Source of the DNA: an uncultured Gammaproteobacteria bacterium
GTDB lineage: Bacteria; Patescibacteriota; Microgenomatia; CAYXHB01; CAZYTL01
Direction: 5' to 3'
DNA: 64,000 nt
Assembly (NCBI GenBank): GCA_964650355.1
Contig: CAZYTL010000005.1
Location: 23,209 to 87,208, forward strand
In this document: piece by piece, positions 41,590 to 50,388 of the stretch
Position numbering within the stretch: the first letter of the stretch is position 1
Layout: every line of letters starts with the position of its first letter
Position numbers and translations under genes: made by a program
Notes under the pieces: generated by a model
Told to the model about the DNA's origin: nothing
The model's input: only the letters and a program-made list of their open reading frames with translations
The model's database searches: none

Positions 41590-43737
41590 ATGAATAAACC
41601 TAAACACCTCTCATTTCTATTTCTTATCAGACTAGCCGTCAAGATTTCACTTTCTCTATTGCTCTTTCTATTTGTTAGTTCTCCGGTTTACGCCCAATCC
41701 ACAGTCACCATTGTTCCCACATTCCAATCTCTGGGCATTTATTGGCAACACTCTCAGGGGTCAAGTACCGCCCAAGTCCAATACCGGCCCTCAGGAACAA
41801 CTACCTGGCACACGGCTCACCCCATGTGGTATGCCGGTAACTCTGAATACCGCAGCAGCATTGTGCTACTAAACCCGGGGACTACATATGAAGTCCGTCT
41901 GACTCTGGGCACTTCCTCAGTCACTACCACCGCCACCACCTGGTCGGAAAACTTCCCCATCGGCCAAACCGTTACCTTGCCCGAAAACACCTCTCAAACC
42001 GTAACCATCAATAATTCAGGCACTGCCAACGGCTATCTGTTATATACCCATCAATCAGGCAAAACCGCCACCATCAATACTACCGCCACCAATAACATCA
42101 GAATCAACGGGTCCTATGTAATTATTCGTGGTTTGACGTTAAAAAACGCCGGCACGGACGCCATCAAAATTAGTAGAGAGTCTCACGACATCATCGTCGA
42201 AAACAATACTGTCACCAACTGGGGCGGATCAGGAAATAGTAATAACATGGCCGCAGCCGTCAGCACCGACCAACCAGGAAATGGTTACAACGCCGGACCT
42301 CGAATTATTATTCAAAACAATCTATTCACTACCCCCAGAGGCAACTCCAATACCTGGGACACTGCTCATCCCCATGGCCCTCAGGGAGTAACCCTGTGGG
42401 AAACCGACGGACAAAACGTCATCCGCAGCAACACCGTCACTTCCAATAATAGCCATTATTATAACGACGGGATCGGCGGAGGCAAAAATTCTAGTACCAG
42501 AGGCAACGTTTACCGCGACAGCGACATCTATAACAACACCGTGAAATATTGTCGGGATGATGGATTAGAAATCGAAGGAGGCAATATGAACGTTAGAATA
42601 TGGAATAACCATATCGATAACTGTTTTGTGGGCATCGCTACTGCAGCTAACCTCACTGGCCCCAATTACATTTTCCGCAACCTGATCACCAACGGCCGCC
42701 AGAGCGATGGCAATATCAAGTCAGCCGCCTTCAAGTTAGGCAGCGGCAGCACCTTTGGCGCCATCTACATTTACCACACCACTGTAAATAACGTCAGAAA
42801 CGGCCTCACCAACTGGGGCGGAGCAGTCTATAACCTCACCGCCAGAAATAACATCTTAAACACAATTCAAGATAGTATCGGCTCTACCATCGCTTCCTCT
42901 AACATTTATGACCACAACACTTGTGCCAATCCTGAAACTGGCTGCACCACCGGCACTGTAGCGTTCGAAAGCGGCTCTTATATTCCCACCTCCAGCATCG
43001 CTGTAGACAAAGGTCTTCCTATTCCTAATTTCAATGATGGCTATCTCGGCTCAGCTCCTGACATCGGCGCTTTCGAAAGAGGCGGTACCGTACCCAATCC
43101 CACAGCGACTCCCACATCTGGCCCTACTCCCACCACTGGTCCGTCGCCCACGCCCCCCCTCATCCAAACCGCCTACGAACTCGAAGCCGAATCCCTGCAA
43201 CTCTCTTCTCCCATGACCATCAACTCTGACTCTTCAGCTTCCAATGGTCAATACATCTCTTCCCCAATAGCTGAACAAGGAATCGCTGCTTTCCAATTCA
43301 AAGTTGCCCAAGATGGTGACTATCTCATCTCCGGTAAGGTTTTCCCTACCGCTGGGAATGATAACTCTCTTTACATCACCATCGATCAGTCCTCTCCCAC
43401 TGCCGCAGATACTTGGGATATTCTCTATCAAACCATTGACACCCAACCTCCCACTTCTTGGGTTTGGGATCAGGTCAGCTACCGGGGCACAGGTACCTTT
43501 GACTCTCCCCAAACTGATCCTCGTATCTTTACTCTCTCTGCCAACCACACCTACGCTCTCTATATCCAGTCCCGGGAAATCAACACCAAACTCGATAAAC
43601 TCCGCATTGAGAAAACTACCACCACTCCACCCACTTTGCAGCAATTTCTCACTCACTGGCTCACCTCTACCTTCGACCAAATCTTAGACGGCCAAGTCAA
43701 CAGCCTAGATTTTTCCCAAATCATAACCAATCTCTAA
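41590..43737 (+). CDS. Secreted Fn3-like + beta-helix protein + CBM-like module + dockerin-like tag (only + strand array member)
   Basis: PTFQSLGIYW...YRSSIVLLNPGTTYEVRL, DDGLEIEGG..NVRIWNN, APDIGAFE, FDQILDGQVNSLDFSQIITNL. Confidence 0.85.
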   Translation: MNKPKHLSFLFLIRLAVKISLSLLLFLFVSSPVYAQSTVTIVPTFQSLGIYWQHSQGSSTAQVQYRPSGTTTWHTAHPMWYAGNSEYRSSIVLLNPGTTYEVRLTLGTSSVTTTATTWSENFPIGQTVTLPENTSQTVTINNSGTANGYLLYTHQSGKTATINTTATNNIRINGSYVIIRGLTLKNAGTDAIKISRESHDIIVENNTVTNWGGSGNSNNMAAAVSTDQPGNGYNAGPRIIIQNNLFTTPRGNSNTWDTAHPHGPQGVTLWETDGQNVIRSNTVTSNNSHYYNDGIGGGKNSSTRGNVYRDSDIYNNTVKYCRDDGLEIEGGNMNVRIWNNHIDNCFVGIATAANLTGPNYIFRNLITNGRQSDGNIKSAAFKLGSGSTFGAIYIYHTTVNNVRNGLTNWGGAVYNLTARNNILNTIQDSIGSTIASSNIYDHNTCANPETGCTTGTVAFESGSYIPTSSIAVDKGLPIPNFNDGYLGSAPDIGAFERGGTVPNPTATPTSGPTPTTGPSPTPPLIQTAYELEAESLQLSSPMTINSDSSASNGQYISSPIAEQGIAAFQFKVAQDGDYLISGKVFPTAGNDNSLYITIDQSSPTAADTWDILYQTIDTQPPTSWVWDQVSYRGTGTFDSPQTDPRIFTLSANHTYALYIQSREINTKLDKLRIEKTTTTPPTLQQFLTHWLTSTFDQILDGQVNSLDFSQIITNL

Positions 43738-43842
43738 ACTTGAACGACCTTCACGACCAACTTCTAACTTTAAAATTCTTTCTTCTACCTTCTGATTTCT
43801 AATAACCATTTTCTCAAAAAATGCAACTGTTATACTACACCA

Positions 43843-44652
43843 ATGACGACTTCCGGTCTTTTCCTCATCAACAAGCCACCTGCCTCGCCGAACGCAAGTC
43901 AAGGCAGGCCCGGACCCACCAGCCATGATATCGTCAATATCGCCAGGAAAAAACTCGGCATTAAAACCATCGGCCATACCGGCACCCTTGATCCTTTCGC
44001 TACCGGATTACTGATACTTTTGGTAGGAAAAGCAGCCACCAAACAGCAATCACGTTTCCTCAAACTCGACAAACAATACCTGGCCACCGCCCTCTTCGGC
44101 TACACCAGCGACACCTACGACATTACCGGTTCTATCCACAAATCTGACTCCGAATTTCAAAATCTTAATCCTAAAACTCTTGAATCTAAAATCTTAAATC
44201 TTAAATCTAATTTCACCGGTACCATTCTCCAAACCGTTCCTCCCTTCTCCGCAGTCAAACGTCATGGTCAAAAACTCTACCATCTGGCCAGAAAAGGCCA
44301 AATTAATCTCTCTGACCTCCCTCAACGCCGAGTCACCATTCACAAGTTCACCATCACCAATCAGTCCCCACCCCCAAACCATTTCATCAACAAAGTTATT
44401 AAAACCAACAATTTGACAATTCAACAATTTAACAATCTAACTACTAATTTCCTAATAGAATGTTCCACCGGCACCTACATCCGCTCCCTCATCCACGACC
44501 TTGGCCAAGAAATCGGAATCGGCGCCCTGGTTGCAGCTCTCCACCGCACCCACATCGGTCCCTATACTATCTCCCAAGCTATTCCCCCCGACCAAATAGA
44601 CCCCGAACATATCCGACCGTTGACATTTCCCTCTCAACTCACCAAACTATAA
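43843..44652 (+). CDS. truB: tRNA pseudouridine(55) synthase TruB
   Basis: NKP...TSHDIV, GHTGTLDPFATGLL, PPFSAVK..GQKLYHLARKG, CSTGTYIRSL..DLG. Preceded by TGT-TATACT-N6-ATG. Confidence 0.95.
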   Translation: MTTSGLFLINKPPASPNASQGRPGPTSHDIVNIARKKLGIKTIGHTGTLDPFATGLLILLVGKAATKQQSRFLKLDKQYLATALFGYTSDTYDITGSIHKSDSEFQNLNPKTLESKILNLKSNFTGTILQTVPPFSAVKRHGQKLYHLARKGQINLSDLPQRRVTIHKFTITNQSPPPNHFINKVIKTNNLTIQQFNNLTTNFLIECSTGTYIRSLIHDLGQEIGIGALVAALHRTHIGPYTISQAIPPDQIDPEHIRPLTFPSQLTKL

Positions 44653-44744
44653 TAAGTATCAGGTATCTCGTATTATGTATTTAATATATAAAACTAACCT
44701 TCTTAATACCTGATACCTAATACTTATACCCAATACCATCCATT

Positions 44745-45794
44745 ATGAATCTTGCCATCAACGGCTTCGGTCGCATCGGACGTTTGAGCTTTCGCGTTGC
44801 CCTCCTCCGCCATCAAGATCAATTTGACCAAATCGTCATCAATACCTCTGGTTCCATGCCTGTCGCCGGCTGGGCCCATCTCGCCCAATACGACACCACC
44901 TACAGAAAATTCTCTCAACAAATCCAAGTTGAAGAAGTCAAAACCCCAGACAAAGCCACCGATGAAGATCCTCTCATCGGCTACTTCTCAGTCAACGACA
45001 AAAAGTGTCCTGTTCTTGCTCAACGTGACCCTGTTAAGCTTCCCTGGAAACAATACCAAATCGACGTGGTTATCGAATCCACCGGGGTCTTCCGCGACGC
45101 TGCCGGCGCTCAAAAACATCTGGATGCAGGAGCCCATCACGTCGTCATTTCCGCCCCTACCAAAAGCGATTTCATCCACACTTACGTCCGCAGCGTCAAT
45201 CAAGAACAGGATGAACCCATCATGTCCAATGCCTCTTGTACCACCAACTGCATTTCTCCCATAGCCAAAGTTATCCATAGTCAATTCGGAGTTAAAAAGG
45301 CCTTCATGAACACCATCCACGCCTACACCGATGACCAGAACCTCCAGGATAACTCTCATCGCGACCTCCGCCGTGCCCGAGCCGCCGCCCAAAACATCAT
45401 TCCCACCTCCACCGGCGCCGCCGTTGCCACCACCGAAACCATCCCCGAACTTAAAGGCCTCTTTGATGGTATAGCCCTCCGCGTTCCCGTAGTCACCGGC
45501 TCCATCGCTAGTCTCATCTTCGTCACAGAAAAACCTGTCACCATCGATCAGGTAAACCAAGCACTGGAACAAGCTAGCCAACAACCCAATTATCAGAACA
45601 TCCTTGCCGTCACCCACGAACCCTTAGTCTCTTCAGACATCATCGGTTCTCCTCACTCCGCCATTGTAGACTTGGCATTTACCAAAGTCATTGACCACGA
45701 TCTCGTCAACATCCTTGCCTGGTATGACAACGAATGGGGCTATACCTGCCGCCTGGTAGAACAAGCCATCGCCGCTGCCACTCCCAACCAATAA
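44745..45794 (+). CDS. gap: Glyceraldehyde-3-phosphate dehydrogenase (type I)
   Basis: AINGFGRIGR, ESTGVF, SNASCTTNC, RRARAAAQNIIPTSTGAA, WYDNEWGY. Confidence 0.97.
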   Translation: MNLAINGFGRIGRLSFRVALLRHQDQFDQIVINTSGSMPVAGWAHLAQYDTTYRKFSQQIQVEEVKTPDKATDEDPLIGYFSVNDKKCPVLAQRDPVKLPWKQYQIDVVIESTGVFRDAAGAQKHLDAGAHHVVISAPTKSDFIHTYVRSVNQEQDEPIMSNASCTTNCISPIAKVIHSQFGVKKAFMNTIHAYTDDQNLQDNSHRDLRRARAAAQNIIPTSTGAAVATTETIPELKGLFDGIALRVPVVTGSIASLIFVTEKPVTIDQVNQALEQASQQPNYQNILAVTHEPLVSSDIIGSPHSAIVDLAFTKVIDHDLVNILAWYDNEWGYTCRLVEQAIAAATPNQ

Positions 45795-45906
45795 CTATTT
45801 TCCCGCTTCTTCCCCATTGCCGCCTCTCCCATAAATGGTGTACTTTATTAATAGACCTTTTCTTCAATAGCTTTAAACTTTTCGCTCTTAACTATTAACT
45901 ATCTCT

Positions 45907-47352
45907 ATGCGCATCCTCATTCCCACTTCCGAAGCCGCTCCCATATACAAGGTTGGTGGCTTAGGGGACGTCGTCGGCAGTCTGCCCCGAGCTCTCACCC
46001 AACTCGGCCACGATGTTCGCCTAGTTCTACCTCGCTACTCCCAAATAGAACTTCAGCCGGAACACTGGCATCGTCTTGACCAGTTCCCGGTCATCTATGA
46101 CCACCACCTTCACCAAGTCCAAATCTGGCAAGGATATCTACCCCATACTCAAAACGAATACTCCTCCTCGGGCGTGATCGTCTACCTCTTCGAGGAACCT
46201 CAATACCTCACTCAAAACTATCAGGAAGCTTACACCCAAATTGATCAATTCGCCTTCTTCTCCCAAGCTGTCACCACTTGGTTAGGTGAACACATCACCG
46301 CTTGGCAACCCCAAATCATCCACCTCCATGACTGGCACGTAGCTCTCATTCCCTTGCTTCTTAAACAACAATACCCTCTCGTCAGCCCCCGTTACAAAAC
46401 GCTGCTTACTATTCACAACCTCGCCCACCAAGGCGTTACCCCCAGCCCCATCGTCAACAAGCTCCGACTCGATCCCAGCCTCTGTCAATCTCTTTCCTGG
46501 GACATGGAAAACGGTGATGTAGACATCCTCATGGAAGGCATCATCCACTCAGATCTCGTCAACACCGTCAGCCCTACATACGCTAAAGAAATCCTCACCA
46601 CCGAACACGGCTCCACCTTAGAACCCGTCCTTCAAAGCATCCAAGGCAAACTTTCCGGCATCCTCAACGGCATTGACACCCAAAGATGGAATTCCCAAAC
46701 AGATCCCGCTCTCGTCCAAACCTACACCGTCGATAACTGGCACTCAGGAAAACAAGCCAATAAAACCGCCCTTCAAAAACAAGCCGGCCTTCCCGAAAAC
46801 GCTGACACACCTCTTCTTGGATTCGTCGGTCGTCTTGACCCCATCCAAAAAGGCGTTCACCTCATCCTCGAAGCCATCCGCGCCGGCCGCCTTGCCAACG
46901 ACCACCACCAATTCATTCTCCTGGGCACCGGCGATCCTCAACTTCAGGACCAGCTCCGCCAAACGGCAGAAGCCAACCCCCATTTCTCCGCCCACATCAA
47001 ATTTGACTCCCAACTCGCCAGCCGCATTTACTCCGCTTGTGACTTTCTCATCGTGCCTTCCAAATTCGAACCCTGTGGGCTTATTCAGATGATCGCCATG
47101 CGCTACGGCACCATCCCCATCGTCAGACAAACAGGCGGCCTCATCGACACCGTCAAAGAAGAACAAACCGGCTTTTTATTCCCGGATTACACCATGGAGT
47201 CTATGACCGCGGCCGTCGATAAGGCTCTTGATTACTGCCAGGACTTCCAACGCTGGACCCAACTAGTCACCAATTGCATGACCCAGGATTTTTCCTGGAA
47301 CAACGCCGCCCAAGAATATGTTAAGCTGTATGAAAGACTATTGATCACCTAA
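45907..47352 (+). CDS. glgA: Glycogen/starch synthase (GT5)
   Basis: KVGGLGDV, HLHDWH, TIHNLAHQG, TVSPTYAKEI, GILNGID, PSKFEPCGLIQMIAMRYGT. Confidence 0.95.
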   Translation: MRILIPTSEAAPIYKVGGLGDVVGSLPRALTQLGHDVRLVLPRYSQIELQPEHWHRLDQFPVIYDHHLHQVQIWQGYLPHTQNEYSSSGVIVYLFEEPQYLTQNYQEAYTQIDQFAFFSQAVTTWLGEHITAWQPQIIHLHDWHVALIPLLLKQQYPLVSPRYKTLLTIHNLAHQGVTPSPIVNKLRLDPSLCQSLSWDMENGDVDILMEGIIHSDLVNTVSPTYAKEILTTEHGSTLEPVLQSIQGKLSGILNGIDTQRWNSQTDPALVQTYTVDNWHSGKQANKTALQKQAGLPENADTPLLGFVGRLDPIQKGVHLILEAIRAGRLANDHHQFILLGTGDPQLQDQLRQTAEANPHFSAHIKFDSQLASRIYSACDFLIVPSKFEPCGLIQMIAMRYGTIPIVRQTGGLIDTVKEEQTGFLFPDYTMESMTAAVDKALDYCQDFQRWTQLVTNCMTQDFSWNNAAQEYVKLYERLLIT

Positions 47353-47410
47353 CAGTAACCACAGTTTTTGTTTTTCTGTTACATGTTACGTGTTCCATGT
47401 TACGTGACTT

Positions 47411-48322
47411 ATGGCCAAATACGTTCCCGATACCTATACCAACCGCTGGGTCATCTTCGCCACTAAACGCGCTTTCCGACCCGACGATCATGCCCCAAAA
47501 GAAAAAAAAGGGCCCAAATCTAAACCTCCTGTTTTGCAAAAAAAACACGGTTACAACTTTCTTTCCTCTTGTCCTTTCTGCATCGGTAATGAACATCTCA
47601 CTCCTCCTGAGGTTACCCGCTGGAGCAGCCACGACGGCCATCCCGAATCCCAAACAGACCATCACTGGCTCGTCAGAGTCATTCCCAACAAATTTCCCAT
47701 CTCCGACATTCACGAGGTAGTCATCCATAGCCCTGACCACCTTCTGGATATCACCTCTCTTCCCGAGTACCACGTTGAAATCATCTTCAAAGTCTTCCTC
47801 CAGCGCTTCCAAGCCCTTTCCCAAAAAGGCACCGTCATCATCTTTACCAACCGGGGCAGTGAGTCAGGAGAATCACTCAACCATCCCCACAGCCAAATTG
47901 TTGTCCTACCTCGTCAAATCAAACTCGAAGTCATCTCTCTCCAACCGGTCAATAACATTATCGAAGAAACCCCTCACTACTACGTCTACTGCCCGGATTT
48001 TTCCCAGTGGCCTTATGAAGTTTGGGTCTCCCTTAAAAAGTTTCACGAACCATCATTCGTTGACCACGACACCGCCCACTTCGACACCATCAGCGAGGAA
48101 GAACTCGCCGAACTCAGCCAAGTCATGCGGCACATCCTCGCTACTCTTAGGTCAAAATTCCCCGACAGCTCCTACAATTATTACATCCATCCCTATAGCC
48201 CCTGGTACGTCCGTATCATCCCCAGATTCGTCACCCGCGCCGGCTTCGAACTGGGTACTGGCATCTACGTCAACGTCAAAGATCCCGCCCTCGCCGCCAG
48301 AGAACTCCGTCCCCAGGAATAA
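47411..48322 (+). CDS. GalT/HIT-superfamily nucleotidyltransferase (galactose-1-phosphate uridylyltransferase-like)
   Basis: WVIFATKRAFRP, CPFCIGNEHLTPPE, VRVIPNKFP, HEVVIHSPDH, SLNHPHSQI, AGFELGTG. Confidence 0.88.
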   Translation: MAKYVPDTYTNRWVIFATKRAFRPDDHAPKEKKGPKSKPPVLQKKHGYNFLSSCPFCIGNEHLTPPEVTRWSSHDGHPESQTDHHWLVRVIPNKFPISDIHEVVIHSPDHLLDITSLPEYHVEIIFKVFLQRFQALSQKGTVIIFTNRGSESGESLNHPHSQIVVLPRQIKLEVISLQPVNNIIEETPHYYVYCPDFSQWPYEVWVSLKKFHEPSFVDHDTAHFDTISEEELAELSQVMRHILATLRSKFPDSSYNYYIHPYSPWYVRIIPRFVTRAGFELGTGIYVNVKDPALAARELRPQE

Positions 48323-48616
48323 CTACCAGTCTCTTAACTGAGCCAGAAATCAAACACCCTTCTCCTCTGCATTTTTTTATCATCAAGGACCACAATGACA
48401 TAATGTTAGAAATTAAATAAAAATCTTCATTTCCAATTCTTCTGTAACTCCTACCTCCATCCCGACAGCCAAGTGTCACTCCTAAAATGATCAACCGCGG
48501 ATCAATATCCATCCGCATAAGACCAGTCCTATTGAATGACTGAATTCCCCGTTGTGCCCTCCTGCTCCTAACATCACCCAATTTCAGGAGCGATTTATCC
48601 AAATTCCGAAGCTCCA

Positions 48617-50062
48617 TTAATTAGGGGTACAACTATTCGCTAACCCCGACACTTCTGACGCAGAAAGAGCACGGTTATACACTCTAATTTCATCAAGATC
48701 CCCTGTAATATCAGCACCATCACTAACCCCCCTACAATCCATTCCAACTCCCACATAACAAATATGTCCAATCGGTGGTCCAGTGGCTCGGCTAACAACG
48801 CTCACCCCGTTAACATACAACCTAGCCATACCGTCTGTATCGGAATAAGTTAAAGCCACGTGACTCCATTGGCCAACTGGTAAAGGATTAGAGGCATTAA
48901 GGTAATCATAACCTCCTCCTCGGTGAATTAAGCCTTGAGGACGATTTTGACTGTCAAGATTTATAATGAATGTACTCCGGCCATCAATAACTAGGTTATA
49001 AGAACCGCTTTGCGTTCTCGGCCTAACCCAAGCCGCAATCGTAAAATCTGTCACATCAAAATCGCCCCCATCAGTACCAGAGGGACTGATAAAAGTTCTA
49101 TTCCTACCGTCGATACTAAGAGCTTGCCCCCCACACCCACCGTTGATCCATGTATCTCCAGTCGGATCCAAGAGAGAAGTATGATAATTATATCCCGACA
49201 TATCAAATACATTACTATCTGATTCGTTATCGAACGAATAATATAGAATCAGCCCTGGTTCAGGTGAGGGTTCTGGTGTGACCATAGTTGTCGGTGTCGG
49301 GGTAGGTGTCGACGTCGGAGGGACAGGTTCTATACACAATCCGGTATCAGGATCGCACACCTCCGGATCAGTACATCCACTAACTACACAACTCGATACA
49401 CACGTTCCCGTATCCGGATCACATACCCCATACCCGTCACATACACTCGGATCTGTAGTACAATCATACCCCCCACATAGATAAGTCGGATTGTCCCCAC
49501 TCGGCTCACATTGCCCCCCACTTCCACACGCCGCAGATGACCAACACTCTAATGTACATGGATTCCCCGGATCTTTCGCCTGACATGCATATTCCCCTAC
49601 CCCTCCATACGGATTACATACCTCACATTGCCCACACGCACTCGGATCATCAGGATCACATGGCGTCAGACTCCCAGGCGGTGTCGTCGGTCCCGGCCCA
49701 GGCGGTACCGTCACCTCCGGTGGCGGTGTCGGTGTTGGTCCTCCTCCTGTACCAAACCCTTCAAATATCTCTATCCCCAAAAAATATTGCACCAAAATCG
49801 CTATCGCATACGATAACGCCAACACCGCAAACCCTATCAAACACTGCGTCAACCTCTCCCTCGCCTTCTGTAAATTAGATTGATCATCTCCACTCGTTAA
49901 CCACTGAAACCCTCCCCACAACAAACATAAAAATACCACCACTCCCCCTGCTATCAACACCATCCCCAATACCTTCGACAGAAATGTCGGTATCGATATC
50001 ACCCCACTAAATAGATTCCCCACCTCCTGTAAGTGCCCCAACAATTGCGTCACTGGCTGCAT
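48617..50062 (-). CDS. CPR-type (TrbC/VirB2-like) pilin domain fused to Pro linker, Cys-rich repeats and LamG domain
   Basis: LIAGGVVVFLCLLWGGFQWLTSGDDQSNLQKARERLTQCLIGFAVLALSYAI, C-x-P-x-x-G-x-C repeats, WSHVALTY...LYVNG...GDLDEIRVYNRALSASEV. Confidence 0.85.
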   Translation of the reverse strand: MQPVTQLLGHLQEVGNLFSGVISIPTFLSKVLGMVLIAGGVVVFLCLLWGGFQWLTSGDDQSNLQKARERLTQCLIGFAVLALSYAIAILVQYFLGIEIFEGFGTGGGPTPTPPPEVTVPPGPGPTTPPGSLTPCDPDDPSACGQCEVCNPYGGVGEYACQAKDPGNPCTLECWSSAACGSGGQCEPSGDNPTYLCGGYDCTTDPSVCDGYGVCDPDTGTCVSSCVVSGCTDPEVCDPDTGLCIEPVPPTSTPTPTPTTMVTPEPSPEPGLILYYSFDNESDSNVFDMSGYNYHTSLLDPTGDTWINGGCGGQALSIDGRNRTFISPSGTDGGDFDVTDFTIAAWVRPRTQSGSYNLVIDGRSTFIINLDSQNRPQGLIHRGGGYDYLNASNPLPVGQWSHVALTYSDTDGMARLYVNGVSVVSRATGPPIGHICYVGVGMDCRGVSDGADITGDLDEIRVYNRALSASEVSGLANSCTPN

Positions 50063-50141
50063 GCTAACCTTAGTATCTCATTCGCCTTTTTACCCTGTCA
50101 ATGTTAAATTAAACATCTCCCCAAATCTCCCGTAACAACTG

Positions 50142-50280
50142 CATCCATCCCTATAGCCCCTGGTACGTCCGTATCATCCCCAGATTCGTCACCCGCGCCG
50201 GCTTCGAACTGGGTACTGGTATCTACGTCAACGTCAAAGACCCAGCCCTAGCCGCCAAAGAACTCCGCAACCAAGACTAA
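50142..50280 (+). repeat. Direct repeat of the galT-like gene 3' end (copy of ~48184-48322)
   Basis: catccatccctatagcccctggtacgtccgtatcatccccagattcgtcacccgcgccggcttcgaactgggtactgg is identical, then mostly synonymous divergence to a stop codon. Confidence 0.9.
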
Positions 50281-50388
50281 AGCCTTCCTCATTCACTAAA
50301 ATGAAAAATTGCCGATTTCTGCCACACTAAATCTTAATTAAGCCCATATTCATCAACGACTTAATCCTCTCCTATCCCTTCTTTAGAA

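Noticed and set aside
1-43737. Integron cassette array or shufflon
   Set aside because: No integrase/recombinase in the window and no attC-like palindromes between most genes. The conserved motif has promoter geometry.
46143-46176. Possible decayed palindromic insert in glgA (HTQNEYSSSGV)
   Set aside because: The inverted repeat is too imperfect to call without an orthologue alignment.
48276-48617. 113-aa minus-strand ORF overlapping the pilin stop codon
   Set aside because: No recognisable motif and it overlaps the galT end in antisense. It may be a remnant but cannot be supported.
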